Shown: one piece after another, positions 59,549 through 64,000 of the stretch
How the letters are laid out: each line of letters begins with the position of its first letter
Position numbering within the stretch: position 1 is the first letter of the stretch
Source: Candidatus Binataceae bacterium
Lineage (GTDB): Bacteria > Desulfobacterota > Binatia > Binatales > Binataceae
Reading direction: 5' to 3'
Assembly (NCBI GenBank): GCA_035294265.1
Contig: DATGLK010000010.1
Coordinates: 126,858-190,857, forward strand
DNA: 64,000 nt
Position numbers and translations under genes: made by a program
The notes under the pieces: generated by a model
Databases searched by the model: none
Seen by the model: only the letters and a program-made list of their open reading frames with translations
Told to the model about the DNA's origin: nothing

Positions 59549-60409
59549 ATGGCGCTATTTTTGGACTACGAGCAGGAAGCCCTCGATCGCCAACTCGAGC
59601 CGCGCACGGGGGTGGCCGATTTGGAGCGCGCGATGGCGCGTAATGGCGAGCTCGCGGCAGCGGCCTTGCGGCTTCGCACGGCGGTTGATGTAAGTTACGG
59701 CCCCCGCGAATTGGAGAAATTAGACCTCTACGCTGCCTCTCGGTCGGGCGCGCCGATCTTGATTTTTTGCCATGGTGGCGGTTGGCAGGCGCGCAGCAAA
59801 GAGGACGCTGCTCTGCTGGCGCCAGCCTTGATGGCGGCCGGGATAAGTCTGGTCACCCTCGACTTCGAGCCGGTCTCGGCGCACGGCCTGGAGCAGATGG
59901 TCGCCCAGATCCGCCGCGCGATCGCCTTCATCTATGCCAACGCCGCGGCCTGGGGCGCCGACCCGTCCAACTTGCATATCGCCGGCCATTCCTCGGGCGC
60001 CCACCTGGCCGCGATGCAATTGGCGGACGGTTGGCAGGCGGCATTGGGCTTGCCTACCGATACCATCAAAAGCGCTGTATTGCTCAGCGGCCTATACGAT
60101 CTCGAGCCGGTGCGACTGAGTTTTCGCAACCAGGCCTTGAAACTCGACGCGCAAAGCGCACGCAGCTTGAGTCCGCTGTACCAGCTCGGACATCCTCGCC
60201 CGCTCATCGTAGCCTGGGGAGATTTGGAAACCGAGGAATTTCAGCGTCAGTCACATGTGTTGGCCGCAGCCGCCACTAGCGTCGGCTTCACGGTGGACTC
60301 GGGCGCCCAGCCACACTGCCATCACTTCAATATCATGCAGGCCGTAATCCAACCCGACGGCTCTTTGTACCGGCGTCTGCTGACTCAGCTCAACATTTCT
60401 CGGTTATGA
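59549..60409 (+). CDS. Alpha/beta-hydrolase fold-3 esterase (HGGG / GxSxG serine hydrolase)
   Basis: FCHGGGWQ oxyanion motif. Nucleophile elbow GHSSG. ATG after GGAGG. Confidence 0.7.
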   Translation: MALFLDYEQEALDRQLEPRTGVADLERAMARNGELAAAALRLRTAVDVSYGPRELEKLDLYAASRSGAPILIFCHGGGWQARSKEDAALLAPALMAAGISLVTLDFEPVSAHGLEQMVAQIRRAIAFIYANAAAWGADPSNLHIAGHSSGAHLAAMQLADGWQAALGLPTDTIKSAVLLSGLYDLEPVRLSFRNQALKLDAQSARSLSPLYQLGHPRPLIVAWGDLETEEFQRQSHVLAAAATSVGFTVDSGAQPHCHHFNIMQAVIQPDGSLYRRLLTQLNISRL

Positions 60410-60566
60410 AGTCGGAATCAAAAAGCCCGGAGCAGCCCACAAGCATCGTTTGTGGTTGTCCTGCGTAAAAGCTGGCCGCCTTTCTCAGTCTTTCCCGCTG
60501 ACCGGGCGAGTTAAGAGCGAGCAGATTTTTTGCCAGCCCGCTAGACCTTGGACGAGCACGTTGCAT

Positions 60567-62942
60567 TCACGCCGCTGAGCGGGCCTTACGCGCCTGCCCG
60601 CGAGTCACGAAGCTCACCCCCAACCAGGTGATAAAGGCGGGAACCACCACTACCCCGGCGATCAGATTGAGCAGCATCAATAGCGCCAGCAGCAAGCTCA
60701 TGTTGGCATGGAACTGGGCGGGCGAAAACATCCATGGCACGAGCGCGCCGATCATAATGGCGAAGACCATCAGAACCGTACCACCAGTACTCTGTTTGGC
60801 CAAAATCGCAGCGTTGATCAGCCCCATGCCGCCTCGCACTTCGTCGCGCAGGCGCGAAACCGTATAGATTCCATAATCCACCCCCAGACCGATGCCGAGA
60901 GAAATGACGGGCACGGTATCGATGGTCAAGCCAATGTGGCGCAATTGCAAATAAACGAAAGCACCGAAATTGGCCAGGATGCAGGCGCCCACGAACAACA
61001 GCCCGGCACTGAAGGAGCGAAACGCCACGGTGCAGAATACAAAAACGCACGCCAAGACGAAAAAGATGTTGCGCATGTCCAGCCGAAACAACACGTCATT
61101 GGCGGCGGCGTAGAGCCCGGCGATCCCGCCCAAACACTCCAGCCTGAGCCCGCGCAGATCGGGATGATGCGCCAGGTAACCACGCTGGAAATCCCCTAAC
61201 GCGCGTAGCAGATTATCGAGGCTGGCGGCGGTGTGATCTTTAAGGATGACGCGAATGCAGGTGGTGTTGCGATAGGAAAACTGCTCGAGCGTGGCCCGCG
61301 CCTTTCCATGCATAAACATCATGACGCTGTACAAGACAATGCGATTGCCGCTGGGCAGCCCATGGAATTTGGGATGGCCGTCGTAAAGCAGCGGTTGCGA
61401 AGGGATAATTGCGTCATTAGCCAGCGTTTGCACATCCCGCACTACCGGGTCGTTCAGCAAGAAATCGCGCAGGGCGACCTGCATGCGCAGCACTTTGAGA
61501 TCGTTGATGCGCAATGCGGGCGGGTTCGAAGAATTGGGCACGGCCGCAACGGCCCAGCCCTCGTCGGTGGGGAAATTGCGCTCTACTTGAACCAGGTCCC
61601 GATTAACCTTGGCGGTAGCCTTGTACAACGGCGTGCCCGGCGCGAAATATCCCACCCGCGCCCGCAACCCGCTGACCACGCCCCAGACCAAAAAGACAAG
61701 CGCGCCGAGTATAAGCGCGGCCCGGCCGGGGCCCGGCTCGGTGCCCCAATGAGCCAGCCGGTAGCCGAGTTCACGCACACGGGGATAGGTTCGGGCCGGC
61801 GCAACGAATTCGCGTACCGGTAAATAGCTCATCAATACCGGCTGAAAGACGAACACCATCGTCAGGCTGGCAGCCAACCACACCGTGCCGGCCTGGGCGA
61901 TATGTTCCAGAGCAGGAATCCCGCAAAAAGAGATAAAGATGATTCCGGCGACATCGGCCATGATGGCGAGCAGGCCAGCGGGGAGCATGTAGTTGGTGGT
62001 CAGAATGCAGGCTTGGGTCGAATCGCCGAGCTGCCCGCGCAGGTAGTAATAACGCCGCTGCCACTGCACGCCATGACTGATGTCGCGCGCAGTCAAGAGC
62101 AAGGGCACCACCAGCATCAACGGATCGAAATCGTAACCCCGCAGTCCCACCCAACCCAGGCCCCACAAGGCCGAGAAAGTACCGGTAACGGCCGGCACCC
62201 ACCATGAGCCCGCCCGTCTTAGGCAGAGGTACAGTGCCAGCACCATCAAGCCGATGGAGAGGCAAAATATCCCTTTAATTACACCAAAATAATGGTAGCC
62301 ATAGCCGCGGACCACCGGTTCACCCGCGACATAGATTGCGTTGTTGGCGTTTTGGTAGCGCTTAACGATAGCCTGGATGGCGGCGAACAGCGCGGTATAG
62401 TCTTCGGCGTTGCTCTGTAGCAAGGTCCCCACGACCGCCACGCTCTTGTCGTCGGGGCTGATCAAGTTGCGCACCTCGTTGCGATGGACCCGCACCAACT
62501 CGCGTAGGTGTGCAATCTCCTTGGGAGTCTCGGGCACTTGCGGATCGATGTAATTGCGCCAGCGGATCCCACCCGGAACCGCAGAAGCGTAGCTGGTCAT
62601 GTAAGAAGCCAGCGAGAAGACCATGTCGTGGTCAATCCGGGGCAGCCGTTCGGTGTCGTCCTGGATATTCTCTAGGCGGGCCAAGGTGTCGGGGTTGAAG
62701 ATGTCGCCATGCCGGACGTGGAGCACGAACACCACCTTTTCGGCCGATCCGTAATGTAAGTAGCGTTCGTACAGCTTGACGTAGGGGTGATCGCTGGGAA
62801 ACAAGTCAATGAAATTGGTGGCGATTCTAACCTTGAGGGCCGCCATCGCCATCAGCGCGGTCGCTACCAACAAAATCGCGCCAATCCAGTGGCGCTGGTT
62901 GAGAATCAGGCGGCCGAGGCCCCCAGCTTCTGGGTCGTTCAT
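60567..62942 (-). CDS. MMPL/RND-superfamily transporter (HpnN-like, sterol-sensing-domain type)
   Basis: 791 aa with two TM bundles of about 6 helices separated by soluble loops. Typical MMPL topology. Confidence 0.7.
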   Translation of the reverse strand: MNDPEAGGLGRLILNQRHWIGAILLVATALMAMAALKVRIATNFIDLFPSDHPYVKLYERYLHYGSAEKVVFVLHVRHGDIFNPDTLARLENIQDDTERLPRIDHDMVFSLASYMTSYASAVPGGIRWRNYIDPQVPETPKEIAHLRELVRVHRNEVRNLISPDDKSVAVVGTLLQSNAEDYTALFAAIQAIVKRYQNANNAIYVAGEPVVRGYGYHYFGVIKGIFCLSIGLMVLALYLCLRRAGSWWVPAVTGTFSALWGLGWVGLRGYDFDPLMLVVPLLLTARDISHGVQWQRRYYYLRGQLGDSTQACILTTNYMLPAGLLAIMADVAGIIFISFCGIPALEHIAQAGTVWLAASLTMVFVFQPVLMSYLPVREFVAPARTYPRVRELGYRLAHWGTEPGPGRAALILGALVFLVWGVVSGLRARVGYFAPGTPLYKATAKVNRDLVQVERNFPTDEGWAVAAVPNSSNPPALRINDLKVLRMQVALRDFLLNDPVVRDVQTLANDAIIPSQPLLYDGHPKFHGLPSGNRIVLYSVMMFMHGKARATLEQFSYRNTTCIRVILKDHTAASLDNLLRALGDFQRGYLAHHPDLRGLRLECLGGIAGLYAAANDVLFRLDMRNIFFVLACVFVFCTVAFRSFSAGLLFVGACILANFGAFVYLQLRHIGLTIDTVPVISLGIGLGVDYGIYTVSRLRDEVRGGMGLINAAILAKQSTGGTVLMVFAIMIGALVPWMFSPAQFHANMSLLLALLMLLNLIAGVVVVPAFITWLGVSFVTRGQARKARSAA

Positions 62943-63052
62943 TCAGCGTACCCCATGTATGTTCATCAGGCGGGCGCAGGCGTCCCGGGCCACCCAAAGA
63001 GCGCAAGCGACCAGCGGCGCGCTCAGGCCAGCGCGGAAATGGGTAATAGTGC

Positions 63053-63787
63053 TCAAGTGGGAATCTCGGCGCGGGGTAGCTGGTCGCCAGCCGCACCGAT
63101 GCCGTTCAGGTAATGTTCCCAGACCACCAGGTTGATGCGACAGGCTTCTACTACCGCCTCCTCCATCTTCAAGTCGGCGGCATATTGCGCCACTGCATTC
63201 CAGCCCAGGTTGGAATGCTCGATGTCGGCGGCCTCGTGCAGGCCGAAAAAGTGCAATTCATGCTCTCGCAGGCCAAACAATTTGCCCCAGCGCCGCCGCT
63301 CCAGCCCAAACCAGCCTAACTCGCGCATCAGGCCGCGCCCGTAGCCGGGGACGTTGATTCGCTCCGCGCAGGTGTTGGCCACCAGTCCCTCCAGCCAGTG
63401 GCGGTTTTTCATCAACGCTTCCCACGCCAACCAGCACATGCGGGTGGAATCCAGCGCAGGATAGGTCAGGATGCGCTCCAGCGACAACCCTATCCGCACC
63501 CCCAATTCTTCCAGAATTCGCCAATGTGGCTTGCCCCCGCCATGGGCGTGATCGGCGATTATTTCCTCGGCGCTGGCACCGATGATTCGGAGGCGCAGGT
63601 CCCAATCCGGGGTGTTGGTGGCCACCGCCAGCTTAAGCACCGAATTACGCTGGCGCGTGTTGAGGCGATGTTGAAACACGAACATCGCCGCACGGCCGCG
63701 GCTGAGTGGTTCATTGAAGAACCGCGTGCGCACAACGAAATCGCTGACAACTTGGTCCATCCGCTTGACCACGGTTGAACTCTTCAT
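63053..63787 (-). CDS. TenA/PqqC-like (heme-oxygenase-like fold) protein
   Basis: All-alpha 244-aa protein with a TenA_THI4/PqqC-type helix pattern. Weak family call. Confidence 0.45.
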   Translation of the reverse strand: MKSSTVVKRMDQVVSDFVVRTRFFNEPLSRGRAAMFVFQHRLNTRQRNSVLKLAVATNTPDWDLRLRIIGASAEEIIADHAHGGGKPHWRILEELGVRIGLSLERILTYPALDSTRMCWLAWEALMKNRHWLEGLVANTCAERINVPGYGRGLMRELGWFGLERRRWGKLFGLREHELHFFGLHEAADIEHSNLGWNAVAQYAADLKMEEAVVEACRINLVVWEHYLNGIGAAGDQLPRAEIPT

Positions 63788-64000
63788 CGAATGATCACCG
63801 CTTTCAGGCTTGCCGTGGTTGCCCGAAATGTTTGTACACTTCCGTCGCTTGCATAGCGCCCAACGGCCGCCAGTTGCAAGCAGCGCGAAATTTTGGCTCA
63901 GAAAAGCGGACAGGCGGCGGGTAAAGCGCGGCTGTCAATTCCTTCGCAACCGTTGACAACCGTCAAATTGCCCCGATGGTCCAGACGCACGGTCCAGATG

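Overview
High-GC (~65%) bacterial chromosomal window, gene-dense on both strands, with no transposase, integrase, CRISPR or phage genes detected. Working from the sequence alone (no searches run), I read about 52 coding regions and one tRNA. In order the window contains: (1) a bacterioferritin-family gene, a DUF2141 secreted protein, tRNA-Val(CAC), and an orphan zf-HC2 anti-sigma factor with a BNR-repeat (Ycf48-like) periplasmic domain. (2) A minus-strand mdtA-mdtB-mdtC-like RND efflux operon. (3) A first aromatic-catabolism neighbourhood (~11.7-24.1 kb): PQQ-dependent sugar dehydrogenase, crotonase, amidohydrolase-2, Tat-exported sulfite-oxidase-family molybdoenzyme, then FOUR tandem phthalate-dioxygenase-family Rieske oxygenase alpha-subunit paralogs that share near-identical nucleotide blocks. 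These are divergently transcribed from a secreted beta-propeller repeat protein that is interrupted by a single in-frame TGA. (4) dinB, leuCD, a Tat-exported amidohydrolase-2, a Zn-ADH/quinone-oxidoreductase-family gene, a cupin, hisH-hisF (no hisA between) and an overlapping lumazine-synthase-like gene, and a MerR-TPR regulator. (5) A TolC-MFP-RND efflux operon bracketed by a DUF2892 (YgaP-like) gene and a translationally coupled ArsR-rhodanese fusion regulator. (6) A minus-strand respiratory cluster: caa3-type ctaC-ctaD-ctaE, an unknown 277-aa membrane protein, a diheme cytochrome c, a Rieske protein and a cytochrome b with a fused C-terminal cytochrome c domain (actinobacterial-type ctaE-qcrCAB logic). 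(7) A second aromatic island (~48.8-60.4 kb): 4,5-dihydroxyphthalate-decarboxylase-family protein, a Tat-less molybdopterin (bis-PGD) oxidoreductase whose Fe-S subunit is fused to an NrfD-type membrane anchor, an MFS transporter, two amidohydrolase-2 enzymes, a LigB-type extradiol dioxygenase and an alpha/beta hydrolase. (8) An MMPL/HpnN-like transporter and a TenA/PqqC-like protein. The most unusual signals are the mosaic, gene-conversion-like Rieske paralog array with no redox partner nearby, the structured divergent control region next to it, the TGA-split beta-propeller, and the cytoplasm-facing membrane-anchored molybdoenzyme embedded in aromatic-degradation genes.
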